This document shows, one piece after another, positions 8,420 to 18,090 of a stretch of 64,000 nucleotides of DNA. The translations under genes were made by a program, and so were the position numbers. Origin of the DNA: a virus. Lineage: Duplodnaviria > Caudoviricetes. The stretch lies in IMG/VR virus record IMGVR_UViG_3300005264_000006, positions 1,831 to 65,830 of that record; one strand, 5' to 3'. Positions within the stretch are counted from its first letter, which is position 1. The number at the start of each line of letters is the position of its first letter. The notes under the pieces are model-generated. The model searched no databases. It was not told where the DNA came from and worked only from the letters and a program-made list of their open reading frames with translations.

Positions 8420-9583
8420 ATGGAAACCGAATACAAATTTAGAGCATTACCAAAACAATCAAAAAGCAGGATAAATACAATGTTTTATTTTTGTCCTTAT
8501 CTTGCTTACTGTAACGACTATTTAGGTGAAAGAAGTGGAGAAGTCAGTGTAAGAACCGCTGTTGGTACGGATGCACACATGATTCTTGCTGAATTTTGGA
8601 AAGTGTTTGATATAAATTATTTATATAAAGAATTTAAGGTCGACCCTAATATAGATTTAGAAAATAATCCAATAACTTATTATTTTTATGGTATTTGCAT
8701 GGAACTAACTCCAAAATATGATAGGGAAGTTCAGGTATTACAGAGAATATATTGGAAATTTGCTAAACTACAGGCAGCAAGGTTCTTAGATTTGTATCAA
8801 ATGTTTAAAGGAAACAAAATAAAAGTATATAAATATTTTACACCGGAAAAAGTAGAACAATATTATTATAATGAAGATTTAGAAATTTATGGAACTATTG
8901 ATTGTGTTTATAAAATACCGAAATTAGGTGAGCAACTAACAGAAGCATTATTTATTAGCGATATAAAAACCGGTAACATACCGGCAAGTGTCAGGAGAGG
9001 AGCTATAAAAGTTGGTGATGAGACATCGGTTAAAGTACCACCTAAGTTTATGTTTGAGATTCATTTTTACGCACTACTATATTTAACACAACATGGTTGG
9101 TATTTTAAAGATGAAAAAGTTCGGAAATTTGTTTTGAATAATGAATATTTTGATGAAATAACAAAAACTTACAAGAGTTTTGGATTGGGTAAAACAAAGG
9201 AAGAAGAACAAGATTTACAAAAGAAGAAGAAAAAATATATTAAAAAGATAAATCATAAGTTATATATTTATAATTATGCTCTTGAAAAGGAAATAGAATT
9301 AAATTATGGAGATTTAATTGTTGGTTATTTGTTCTTAACAGGAGATCCAAATATTAAAGATCCGGTTGTTGTTAAAAAGAAATTTACTTATTCTTCTTTT
9401 AAAGCAGTTTTATTAAAAATTAATTTATCAAGAGCAATATGGTTTAATAAAAATAATAATGAATTTTATCTTGTTAGACTTATGAAAACAAGACCGGAAT
9501 ACAATAAATATAAATGCGATAATTGTAGTCGAAAAGAAAAGTGTTTATTAGAAATAGAACAAGAATTTAAAAAGAGGAAATAA
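8420..9583 (+). CDS. Cas4/AddB-like PD-(D/E)xK exonuclease
   Basis: FCPY, GTDAH, GTIDC, DIKTG and C-terminal CDNCSRKEKC Fe-S ligands; no CRISPR array nearby. Confidence 0.85.
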   Translation: METEYKFRALPKQSKSRINTMFYFCPYLAYCNDYLGERSGEVSVRTAVGTDAHMILAEFWKVFDINYLYKEFKVDPNIDLENNPITYYFYGICMELTPKYDREVQVLQRIYWKFAKLQAARFLDLYQMFKGNKIKVYKYFTPEKVEQYYYNEDLEIYGTIDCVYKIPKLGEQLTEALFISDIKTGNIPASVRRGAIKVGDETSVKVPPKFMFEIHFYALLYLTQHGWYFKDEKVRKFVLNNEYFDEITKTYKSFGLGKTKEEEQDLQKKKKKYIKKINHKLYIYNYALEKEIELNYGDLIVGYLFLTGDPNIKDPVVVKKKFTYSSFKAVLLKINLSRAIWFNKNNNEFYLVRLMKTRPEYNKYKCDNCSRKEKCLLEIEQEFKKRK

Positions 9584-9584
9584 A

Positions 9585-9824
9585 ATGTGTTGGGAACATG
9601 AAAATGAATATTGTAATATATGTTTTGATTTTTTATGGAATGATTACGGAATATTTGATGGAGAATCTATTGTACCTCTCTTGAGAGGTTTTAATATAGA
9701 ATTTAAAAATCATAAATCAGAGACGGAATGTAAGAATAAATTTTTTGATTTCTTATCAAAATGCCATGACGAAGGATTAATCAAACATATAATGGTACCA
9801 GAAAATTTGAATGCGGATGAATAA
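9585..9824 (+). CDS. Hypothetical Cys/His-containing protein
   Basis: 79-aa ORF tightly packed in the operon. Confidence 0.55.
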   Translation: MCWEHENEYCNICFDFLWNDYGIFDGESIVPLLRGFNIEFKNHKSETECKNKFFDFLSKCHDEGLIKHIMVPENLNADE

Positions 9825-9827
9825 ATT

Positions 9828-10868
9828 GTGTTTATCGAAACCGGTGTTTCACATCGCAGACCATTTAGGAAAATGTTTATTTCTCAACAAGAAGCTATTA
9901 AAGATTTCAATAAGTATAAACAATTCTCGAATATTTACCATTCTATATATATGTTTAAATTAAAAGAAGAGAAATTTGATAAATACGGAAATTTCATTAG
10001 ATTTGGTCCCGATTATAATACCGCTATAATCACAAAAATTAGTCTTGACTTAGATTCGTATCGAACCATGCGAGTTAATGGAGATGTTATTGAAGTATAC
10101 ACCGATGATGGATTAATTTCTATTAATAAATTTGCTGAATGGTGTGAAAAACATGATTATATGAGAGAATATGTTTTTTCTGGAGGTGGTTTTTATGGGA
10201 TTATTGCTGCTAAAGGGCACCCACTAAAACTAAGAGATGGAATGTTAAAATTAGGACAAGAAGCTAGTCTTGTAATTGATCCTGCTACTGTTGGTGATAC
10301 AAGCAGGATGAGAAGAGTTCTAAATTCTTATAATTTTAAAGAACATAGAAAGTGTTATTGCATACCTTTAAAAGAAGAAGAGTTATCTTTAGATTATCAC
10401 CAAATAAGAAAATTAGCTCAAACACCGAGATTTAGGCAAAAATATATTTATGGAACTAAATCTTATAATTTAGAAAAATTTAAAATTGATAGTTATAAAC
10501 TCACAAAAAAAGAATTATTTGTTGATATAGAGAAAAATTTAGATGCCGACAAAATTCTGGAGAAGTATGGTTGGGAAACAGACGATTTTTGTGATACGAT
10601 TAAACATATTATAAGTAGAGATTATTTAGGTCATTATTTAAGATTTGAATTAATTAAATATTTAAAATCGGTTGTTAAGATGAAATTTACAGATTGTGTA
10701 AATTACATAAATGCACTGTTAGGAGCAGAAGGAAGACATTCTCTTACTGAAGGTCAAGCAAAATATGTTTATGGAAGAAATAGGGTGTTCAATCCAACCA
10801 AATTAAAAGCATCCGGTTTATGTCCGGTTAATTGTTACAAATGTTTGCGACTTCGTGATTTAATATGA
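9828..10868 (+). CDS. Archaeo-eukaryotic primase, PriS-PriL fusion
   Basis: LDLD, FSGGGFY, DTSRMRR catalytic motifs; C-terminal FCDTI..HYLRFEL..GLCPVNC PriL-like domain. Confidence 0.85.
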   Translation: MFIETGVSHRRPFRKMFISQQEAIKDFNKYKQFSNIYHSIYMFKLKEEKFDKYGNFIRFGPDYNTAIITKISLDLDSYRTMRVNGDVIEVYTDDGLISINKFAEWCEKHDYMREYVFSGGGFYGIIAAKGHPLKLRDGMLKLGQEASLVIDPATVGDTSRMRRVLNSYNFKEHRKCYCIPLKEEELSLDYHQIRKLAQTPRFRQKYIYGTKSYNLEKFKIDSYKLTKKELFVDIEKNLDADKILEKYGWETDDFCDTIKHIISRDYLGHYLRFELIKYLKSVVKMKFTDCVNYINALLGAEGRHSLTEGQAKYVYGRNRVFNPTKLKASGLCPVNCYKCLRLRDLI

Positions 10869-10915
10869 CTTTATTCTAAACGAAAAAAAAATAATAGAGG
10901 AATTAATAGCTCCAA

Positions 10916-12145
10916 ATGAAATTAACTGAAATAATTCAGGTAAAAAAATCAAAAGAATTATCAAAAGCATGCCATTTAGCTAAGAACCTTTATAATTTGG
11001 CTAATTGGTATTTTAGACAGGATTTCTTTAATTTAAATAATTTTTTATCGTATTATGATTTAGATTTTATTTTAAAAGACAAGGAAGCCTATAAAAATTT
11101 ACCTTCTCAAACAGCCCAACAAATTTTAAAGTTAGTTATTAAGAATTGGAAATCGTATTTTAGAGCATTAAAAGAATATAAACGAGATTTCAAGAAATTT
11201 AAAGGAAAACCGAAGATTCCAAGATACAAGAAGAAAAACGGAGAATCAATCATTATTTTTACAAATCAGCAATGTAAAATTAAAGAAGGCTATTTACATT
11301 TTCCAAAAAAGAGTAATCTCGACTCTATTAAAACCAGAATTATAGATGTATTAAATCAAGTAAGAATAATTCCTTTAGGTGTAAAATATAAAGTTGAAAT
11401 TGTGTACGAGAAAGAAGCAACCGACTTAGAATTAGATAAAGAGCACGTTTTAGGTATTGATTTAGGGTTAAATAATCTCATAACTGCTGTAAATAATAAT
11501 GGATGTAAACCATTTATTGTTAAAGGTGGGATGATTAAATCTATAAACCAATACTATAATAAACAGTTAGCATATTTTAGAAGCATTGAAAATAAGAAGG
11601 GCAATTTTATTGATACTAAAAGAATTCAAAAACTACATTTAACTCGAAATAATAAGATCAATACATTATTTCACCGAATCTCTAAGAACGTAATTGAATA
11701 TTGTATTCAAAATAATATTGGAACAATAGTAATTGGATATAATCGAGGTTGGAAACAGAAAATCAATATAGGAAAAAGGAACAATCAGAATTTTGTAAAC
11801 ATCCCTTTTAATCAACTCTTAAAACAAATAAAATATAAAGCTCAATTAAAAGGAATCCAATTTTTAACTGTTAACGAAGCCTATACTTCAAAATGTAGTT
11901 TTTTGGATAATGAACTAATTGGGCACCATGATAAATATTTAGGAAAAAGGATCCATAGAGGATTGTTTAGAACGTTCAACGGAAGGTTTCTTAACGCTGA
12001 CGTGAATGGTGCCTTTAACATAATGAAAAAAGCATTCCCAAATTCCGTTTCGGTTGATGGGATAGAGGCATTCGGACTAATGCCACAAATACTTCAACAA
12101 AACATCGTTGATAATAGTATTTGCAATAAGATGAGCACAGTTTAA
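10916..12145 (+). mobile_element. tnpB: IS200/IS605-family TnpB RNA-guided nuclease, solo (IS1341-like, no TnpA)
   Basis: AKNLYN, GIDLGLNN (RuvC-I), VNEAYTSKCS, NADVNGAFNI (RuvC-III). Confidence 0.93.
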
Positions 12146-12234
12146 CTCGTTTTAGTAGTCTGAGGATGGTAAGCATGAATTGATTTCAATTACAGTTGTT
12201 ATAGATAAAAAAAGAAGTAGAGGAGGAGAATTTT

Positions 12235-12792
12235 ATGGTTAAAGCAACATGTATTTGGTTTTTTGGTTTATCCGGTGCGGGAAAAACGACTATTGCGAAT
12301 AAATTGCGGGATAAATTCTTGGTTAGAGGTTTAAAAGTTCAGAGATTAGATGGTGATGTTGTAAGAAAAATCTTAACAAAAGATTTAGGATTTTCTATGG
12401 AAGATAGGTTTGAACATATTAGGAGAGTTGTTTTTGTAGCAAAATTGTTAATGAAAAATGGAATAAATGTTGTAGCTTCATTTATAACACCCTTAAAATC
12501 CATGAGGTATTATATAAAACAAGAATTAGGAGAAAAGTGTTTACTTATTGAATGTCGTTGTGGTTTGCAAACTTGTATTGAAAGAGATGTAAAAGGATTG
12601 TATGCAAAAGCATTAAATGGAATCATAAAGGATTTTACCGGTTTAACACAACCTTATGAAAGGGGAGGAAATGAAGTTTTTTGGGTTTTAAATACGGAGG
12701 ATTTTGAACCAAAAGAATCATTAAAAAATTTAGTAGAAAAGTTTAAATGTTTTAAAGTATTTGAACGCTTGATGAAAGATAATGAAACATGA
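12235..12792 (+). CDS. cysC: Adenylyl-sulfate (APS) kinase
   Basis: GLSGAGKTT, LDGDVVR, DLGFSMEDR, RDVKGLY, FTGLTQPYE. Confidence 0.95.
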   Translation: MVKATCIWFFGLSGAGKTTIANKLRDKFLVRGLKVQRLDGDVVRKILTKDLGFSMEDRFEHIRRVVFVAKLLMKNGINVVASFITPLKSMRYYIKQELGEKCLLIECRCGLQTCIERDVKGLYAKALNGIIKDFTGLTQPYERGGNEVFWVLNTEDFEPKESLKNLVEKFKCFKVFERLMKDNET

Positions 12793-12812
12793 TTTGTTGT
12801 AAAAATTAAGAG

Positions 12813-13487
12813 GTGTTAAAAATTATAGTTATTGATGTTGGTGAACCACCAAAAGTATTTGAAATGTTTGAAAAAAAAGGAATACCCTATATTAGAGCAG
12901 AAATAAAAATGTTTTATTGTGCTAAATGCGAAAAAATTTACATCCAACAACCTGAAGTTTGTGAATGGCTCGACAAATCTTTACATGCTCAAGCAGCTAA
13001 AATGGCTAAATATTATTCCGGTTGGAAATTTGTATTTCTTGAAGGATTTATTTCAGTTATGGTAGATGATCCTCATCATAAAAGAAGTATAAAAGCTTGG
13101 ATAAGGTCAATGAGAGTAACATTAAGAAAATATGATGTATGTATGTGGCAATGTGATGACTTAAGTCAGTTAGTTGATGAGGTTTTTAGAGTTGAACAGA
13201 AGTCCGGAGAACAACCCAAAATATATGATAAAATAGATGATAAATATAAAGGATGGTCGGATTCTAAAAAGTTTATTTGTAAATTAATTGACGTATCAGA
13301 TAAGAAAGCTGATATACTATTAGAAGAATTTAAACATCCTGTAGGAATTATAGAAGCTATATTATCAAGTGGAGTGACATTCACTAAAACCGGTAATCCA
13401 AAAGGAGTTGTTGGTCCTTTAGAAAGTGTGAAGGGGTTTGGTCCTAAATTTATAATTAAAAATAAGAAGATGTTATATGAAAAATGA
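12813..13487 (+). CDS. ERCC4/XPF-like nuclease with HhH; catalytic core appears missing
   Basis: IIVIDVGEP start, SLHAQAAKM..Y...VFLEG, C-terminal VKGFGPK; no GDY/ERK motif. Confidence 0.65.
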   Translation: MLKIIVIDVGEPPKVFEMFEKKGIPYIRAEIKMFYCAKCEKIYIQQPEVCEWLDKSLHAQAAKMAKYYSGWKFVFLEGFISVMVDDPHHKRSIKAWIRSMRVTLRKYDVCMWQCDDLSQLVDEVFRVEQKSGEQPKIYDKIDDKYKGWSDSKKFICKLIDVSDKKADILLEEFKHPVGIIEAILSSGVTFTKTGNPKGVVGPLESVKGFGPKFIIKNKKMLYEK

Positions 13488-13683
13488 AGAAACATTAGAA
13501 AAAATAGAGGAAATTTTATATTATTGGCTTATGGATATTAATGCTGGAGATAGAGATGAATATGTTATTGGTGATATGTTTATATATGAAATTATACATA
13601 AATTTTTTCCGGATTTAGTTAAAGAATTAAAAAAAATTAAAAAAAATCCACCGATGAGAGTAAATTACTTTGGAAAACATTAG
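13477..13683 (+). CDS. Hypothetical protein
   Basis: 68-aa ORF overlapping both neighbours. Confidence 0.55.
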   Translation: MKNEETLEKIEEILYYWLMDINAGDRDEYVIGDMFIYEIIHKFFPDLVKELKKIKKNPPMRVNYFGKH

Positions 13684-16384
13684 AAAAATAATATCACAAG
13701 AGTGTTTAGAACACGTACGATATGGTAAGGGAAATTTAGTATATCGTACATTTACTGGTTGTTATGATGAAGACACAAAAATATTAACAAAAAAGGGTTG
13801 GATTCCGTTTAGAATATTAACAACTAATGATAAAGTTGCATGTCTTAGTAAAAACAATGAAATGTATTGGCACAATCCATCAGTGATACAAAAATTTTAT
13901 TATAAAGGAAAAATGATAAAAATGTCTCATAGTTCACATGATTTACTTGTAACACCAGTTCATAACATGTTTCTAAGAAAACAAGACAAAAAAGAATTTG
14001 AGTTTATAAAAGCAAAAGATTGTGATTTATATTATTACGATGTTTTAAATACCGTCGATTGGAAAGGAAAAGAAGTAGAATATTTTAAATGCGGAAAAGA
14101 AAAATATTACATGGATGACTTTTTAGAATTTCTCGGATTGTACATATCGGATGGTTTTGTTAACAGTAATGAAAAATTTTATTTCTCTTCCATTGATTTA
14201 CATAATTATTTAAAAAAAATAGACAAATCTCTTGATAAATACATCCCGCAAGAATTTATGGATTTAAGTAAAAGACAGTTAAAAATATTGTTTGATTCTT
14301 TAATGAAAGGAAACGGTTCTATTAATAATCAAACCCCTTTTTACACAAACTCAAAAAAATTAAGAGATAATTTTCAAGAGTTGTGTATAAAAATTGGTTA
14401 TAATAGTACAACAAAATTTAGAAATAGAAAATCAAAAATTGATGATAGAATAAAACAAGATAAAAATTATGAAATTACAATTACTAAAAACAAATTTCAC
14501 GGTGTTGGTAAGAGGTTTAAAAGTTTCTCTGAAGAAAATTATGACGGAATGGTGTATTGTTGTACAGTACCGGAACATGTAATTTGTGTCAAAAGAAATG
14601 GAAAAATAACCTGGTGTGGTAATTCTGGTAAAACAACTACAGTATTAAAGACGTTATATGAATCCAAGGATGGTTTTAGTTGGATGTATTTTGCACCTTA
14701 TCACAAGGTAATTCAAGAGAATATGGAATTATCAAAAGTGATAGATTTTTCCAACGATTGGATTCATCTTTTATCAAGAAGACATTTATGCTTGTCAAAA
14801 GAATATAAAGAACTATCAAAACACGGGGTAAATATACAACCGTTTTGTGAGAACTTCTGTACACTAAAAGATACTCGTTGTCCTTATTATGAAAATCTAC
14901 GAAAATTAAGAGAGTATCCTTATTGTTTTGCCGGTGTTCATGCCCATATTCCCACTCTGTTACAAAAAATATTGTATGAGAAATGGAAAGGTAGACCTTT
15001 TTTCTCTTATTATGATGTTATCGTAATAGATGAATTTCCTTACAATTCTATTTATAGCCAAGTATCTTTAGGAAGAAAAGATATAACTAAACAAATAGAC
15101 ACATTGGATTTGATGGAATTAGATGGTAAATTAGAACATGTAATAAGATATTTATTAGAGAGAATGCTTATTGCTGTTGATAGTGCAAAAGGATTAGATC
15201 ACGATGATTTAAAAAGAGTATTAGTAGAAGCAAGAGGATTAAATGTAGATACATATAAGGAAACATATGACTTACAAATGTTAGAGTTGGTTAGAAGGAA
15301 AAAAATAAAAAGTCCTCCCGAAGATATCTTGCATTATATATTAGAAATAATTAAAAGACAACCTTCAAGAGACAAATTAGAATGGGTAATTCATAAAACA
15401 GTAGAAACAGTTTGGCACAAATCAAGACTATATCTAACAATTTCTAATATACCTTACTTTAAAAACTTACCGGTTAAAGTTATAGCCTTAGATGGAACAG
15501 CGGATTTACCTGTTTGGAAGTCTGTTTTAGGAGATGATTGTACAGCAATAACATTTGATTTACAATATAAAAATGTATACCAAATGATTGGAGCAAGAAA
15601 CCCCACTAGTACTATAGTTAAAAGTGGTGAATTATCTTCTTCCGGTTTAAGATTATATGAATTGTTAAAAAGAATTTGTGAATATAAGAAAAGAAAATAT
15701 AAAGTATCGGGTTATAAAGTTAAAGAAGTTAATGTTTTGATTTGTTGTAGTTATAGAATTCAACAACTATTAAAAAAGAAATTTAAGAAGGATAAGATAA
15801 CAAACTTTGAGTTTGCTACATTTTATAAGTTACGCTCACGAAATTCATATTATGAATATTGTGATACTTGTGTCTTGTTTCACGAACCAAATATTCCGCC
15901 ATTTCAAACAGAAATAATAAAGAATGTTCTGAATTTTGATTACGACACGATTAGATTAATTCATAGAGAAGATGAAATGAAACAAGGAATTGGTAGATTA
16001 AGACAAAACATACCGGTTACTCCACAAGGAAGAAAGAGAGAAAAATTACGTGAAATATTTATATTTTCATCCACCGGTTATAAGAAATTATTTCCAGACG
16101 CAAGATACATGAGATATGGAGATATGCTTTCTTATGTAAGTGGCGGGAAAAAGAGATTATATTTTGATACAATTAGAAATTTTATTACAGAACATACACC
16201 AATTTCAAAAACAAAATTAGGAAAACATTTAGATTTGTCATATTCAAAAGTAAATAGACTTGTTAGTATTTTAGAAAAAGAAGGAGACGTAAAAGTGGAG
16301 TGGGGAAAAATTACATGGATTAAAAAACCCACTTTAGAAGATGAAGAAAGATACTTAATAAAAATAGGAGGCGTGACATGGTAA
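13670..16384 (+). CDS. SF2 helicase (XPD/DinG-like Fe-S) with C-terminal wHTH, intein-containing
   Basis: Walker A TG|SGKTT split by an intein, FAPYH, Cys cluster LCL..FCENFC..CPYY, IDEFP, LDGTA, QGIGRLR. Confidence 0.85.
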   Translation: MENIRKIISQECLEHVRYGKGNLVYRTFTGCYDEDTKILTKKGWIPFRILTTNDKVACLSKNNEMYWHNPSVIQKFYYKGKMIKMSHSSHDLLVTPVHNMFLRKQDKKEFEFIKAKDCDLYYYDVLNTVDWKGKEVEYFKCGKEKYYMDDFLEFLGLYISDGFVNSNEKFYFSSIDLHNYLKKIDKSLDKYIPQEFMDLSKRQLKILFDSLMKGNGSINNQTPFYTNSKKLRDNFQELCIKIGYNSTTKFRNRKSKIDDRIKQDKNYEITITKNKFHGVGKRFKSFSEENYDGMVYCCTVPEHVICVKRNGKITWCGNSGKTTTVLKTLYESKDGFSWMYFAPYHKVIQENMELSKVIDFSNDWIHLLSRRHLCLSKEYKELSKHGVNIQPFCENFCTLKDTRCPYYENLRKLREYPYCFAGVHAHIPTLLQKILYEKWKGRPFFSYYDVIVIDEFPYNSIYSQVSLGRKDITKQIDTLDLMELDGKLEHVIRYLLERMLIAVDSAKGLDHDDLKRVLVEARGLNVDTYKETYDLQMLELVRRKKIKSPPEDILHYILEIIKRQPSRDKLEWVIHKTVETVWHKSRLYLTISNIPYFKNLPVKVIALDGTADLPVWKSVLGDDCTAITFDLQYKNVYQMIGARNPTSTIVKSGELSSSGLRLYELLKRICEYKKRKYKVSGYKVKEVNVLICCSYRIQQLLKKKFKKDKITNFEFATFYKLRSRNSYYEYCDTCVLFHEPNIPPFQTEIIKNVLNFDYDTIRLIHREDEMKQGIGRLRQNIPVTPQGRKREKLREIFIFSSTGYKKLFPDARYMRYGDMLSYVSGGKKRLYFDTIRNFITEHTPISKTKLGKHLDLSYSKVNRLVSILEKEGDVKVEWGKITWIKKPTLEDEERYLIKIGGVTW
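13760..14623 (+). mobile_element. Intein (288 aa) in helicase Walker A, with shortened LAGLIDADG domain
   Basis: Begins CYDEDTKILT, VTPVHNM, FLGLYISDG, ends VYCCTVP...WCGN followed by Ser. Confidence 0.93.
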
Positions 16385-16441
16385 AATATTTACAGGGTGA
16401 TTTAAATTCCTACGATAACGGATGAAGAATTTAAAGAATAC

Positions 16442-16786
16442 ATGTCTCTTAAGAGGAAAGAAGTTGAGAGACGAGAAGCAATTGACAAAACAATAATCAA
16501 AGGAGTTAGAGCAATTAGAAAATGGAGGAATGATCTAAAAACTCCGCGAGGTTATGCCACCATTTTTACCAATATATTAAACGAAGAATGGAAGAAAAGG
16601 GATTATCCGGAATCTTTCGTTCTTGATAGATGGAAAGTAGTGCGTAACTACTTAACTCCTGTTATTTATGTAAAGGGAGGAAAACATAACATACGACATA
16701 CATTTAGACGATATATGAAAGAATACGGATGGTTGATGAGAATTGATCGTTCGTATGGTTTATTTGAAGTAACGAAAATTATTTAA
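16442..16786 (+). CDS. Hypothetical protein (possible upstream ATT start at 16406)
   Basis: 114-aa basic ORF; GGTGA at about 16396 precedes an in-frame ATT. Confidence 0.6.
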   Translation: MSLKRKEVERREAIDKTIIKGVRAIRKWRNDLKTPRGYATIFTNILNEEWKKRDYPESFVLDRWKVVRNYLTPVIYVKGGKHNIRHTFRRYMKEYGWLMRIDRSYGLFEVTKII

Positions 16787-16830
16787 ATAACTATATTTAT
16801 AAAATAATAAAAGAGTTAATATGAATTAAA

Positions 16831-18090
16831 ATGTTAATAGATAAAATAAAGAATAGAATAGTATGCCTGTCGCAGGACCCAAAGACGATATTCAGTTATG
16901 GTTTACAAGTATTGGAACTTATTAAGGGATTACCAAAACATCAATTCCATGTTATAAGTTCTCAATACCAATATGGAAGACCGTATGAAGATAAAAATTA
17001 TTCTTATGTAACTTGGGCAAATGAGGGAGATCAAGCAAGAACAACATCAACACTTAAAAAGGTTATTGAGTACACATATCCTATTTGTGTTTTTTCTATG
17101 GGTGATATACATCATCATCCCGGTGTTAATATTGGTAAACCTCTTCAAGTTCCATGGGTTTCTTGGTTTCCATGGGATAATCACGATGTACCTGCGATGT
17201 TAAGAGCACAACAAGCTATAATGGCACCCGATATAAAAGTTACAATGAATAAATTTTCATTTGACTTGATGAATCAATACAATCTACAAGTTGATGAATG
17301 GATTTATAATATTGTTAATACTCAAGTATTTCGACCGTTAAATAAAGAAGAATTTGATAAACAACAAACGATTAAACAAAATCCAAACATTCAAGGAAAG
17401 AAAATTCTATTATTCGTTGGAAGACCATCTTGGAGAAAAAATTTAGAATTTCTTATGGGTGCATTTAAAGAATTATGTAGAAGAAGAGATGATGTAATGC
17501 TTTATTTACATGTTGATTTTGAAGATCAAGGAATACCGGATAAACCTGACTTAAATAAGTTAATTCACGGTTTAGGTCTAAAAGAAAAAATGTTGTCAAC
17601 CGAACAAAATAGATGGACAACCGGAGTAGATTCATTTTTTCTTAATAGGCTCTACAACTTTTGTGACTTATATGTTTCTCCTCACGGTGGAGAAGGTTTT
17701 GGTTTACCTGTTTGTGAAGCAATGGCAACAGGAACTCCGTTTGTTGCTACCGATTGTACTTCCATGCCGGAATTTGCAGGTAATGATGAACGGGGTCTTC
17801 TTGCTAAAGTAGAAAAAAATATAAGAGAAAAGGGAGTTTTGAGACCTTGGGTTGATGTAAAAGATTTTGTTAATAAAATAGATTGGTTACTTGATAATGA
17901 TGATGTAAGAAAAAGAATGGGAGAAAATGGAATGAAGTGGGTTAAAAAGAATTGTTCACATAATGTAATAGTTCCGCAATGGAGAAAAGTATTTACAAGG
18001 TTGGATATACCATTTTGCAGTATCGATAAAAGAAAAACCGAACTTGAGTGGTCAGAAAGATATGCACATGCTGAGGTGATGGAACAATGA
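16831..18090 (+). CDS. GT-B (GT4-like) glycosyltransferase
   Basis: LFVGRPSWRKN, EGFGLPVCEAMATGTPFVATD. Confidence 0.92.
   Translation: MLIDKIKNRIVCLSQDPKTIFSYGLQVLELIKGLPKHQFHVISSQYQYGRPYEDKNYSYVTWANEGDQARTTSTLKKVIEYTYPICVFSMGDIHHHPGVNIGKPLQVPWVSWFPWDNHDVPAMLRAQQAIMAPDIKVTMNKFSFDLMNQYNLQVDEWIYNIVNTQVFRPLNKEEFDKQQTIKQNPNIQGKKILLFVGRPSWRKNLEFLMGAFKELCRRRDDVMLYLHVDFEDQGIPDKPDLNKLIHGLGLKEKMLSTEQNRWTTGVDSFFLNRLYNFCDLYVSPHGGEGFGLPVCEAMATGTPFVATDCTSMPEFAGNDERGLLAKVEKNIREKGVLRPWVDVKDFVNKIDWLLDNDDVRKRMGENGMKWVKKNCSHNVIVPQWRKVFTRLDIPFCSIDKRKTELEWSERYAHAEVMEQ

Noticed and set aside
8420-9583. Cas4-like gene as part of a CRISPR-Cas system
   Set aside because: No repeat-spacer array or other cas genes seen; solo Cas4-like nucleases are common in archaeal viruses.
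10883-12226. Similar A-rich..tagagga strings on both sides of tnpB as a target-site duplication
   Set aside because: Low-complexity, RBS-like sequence; IS200/IS605 elements do not make target duplications.
14717-14736. Internal ENMELS in the helicase (also DLMELD) as further tag copies
   Set aside because: Internal, no stop follows, and the [ND]D pair is missing.
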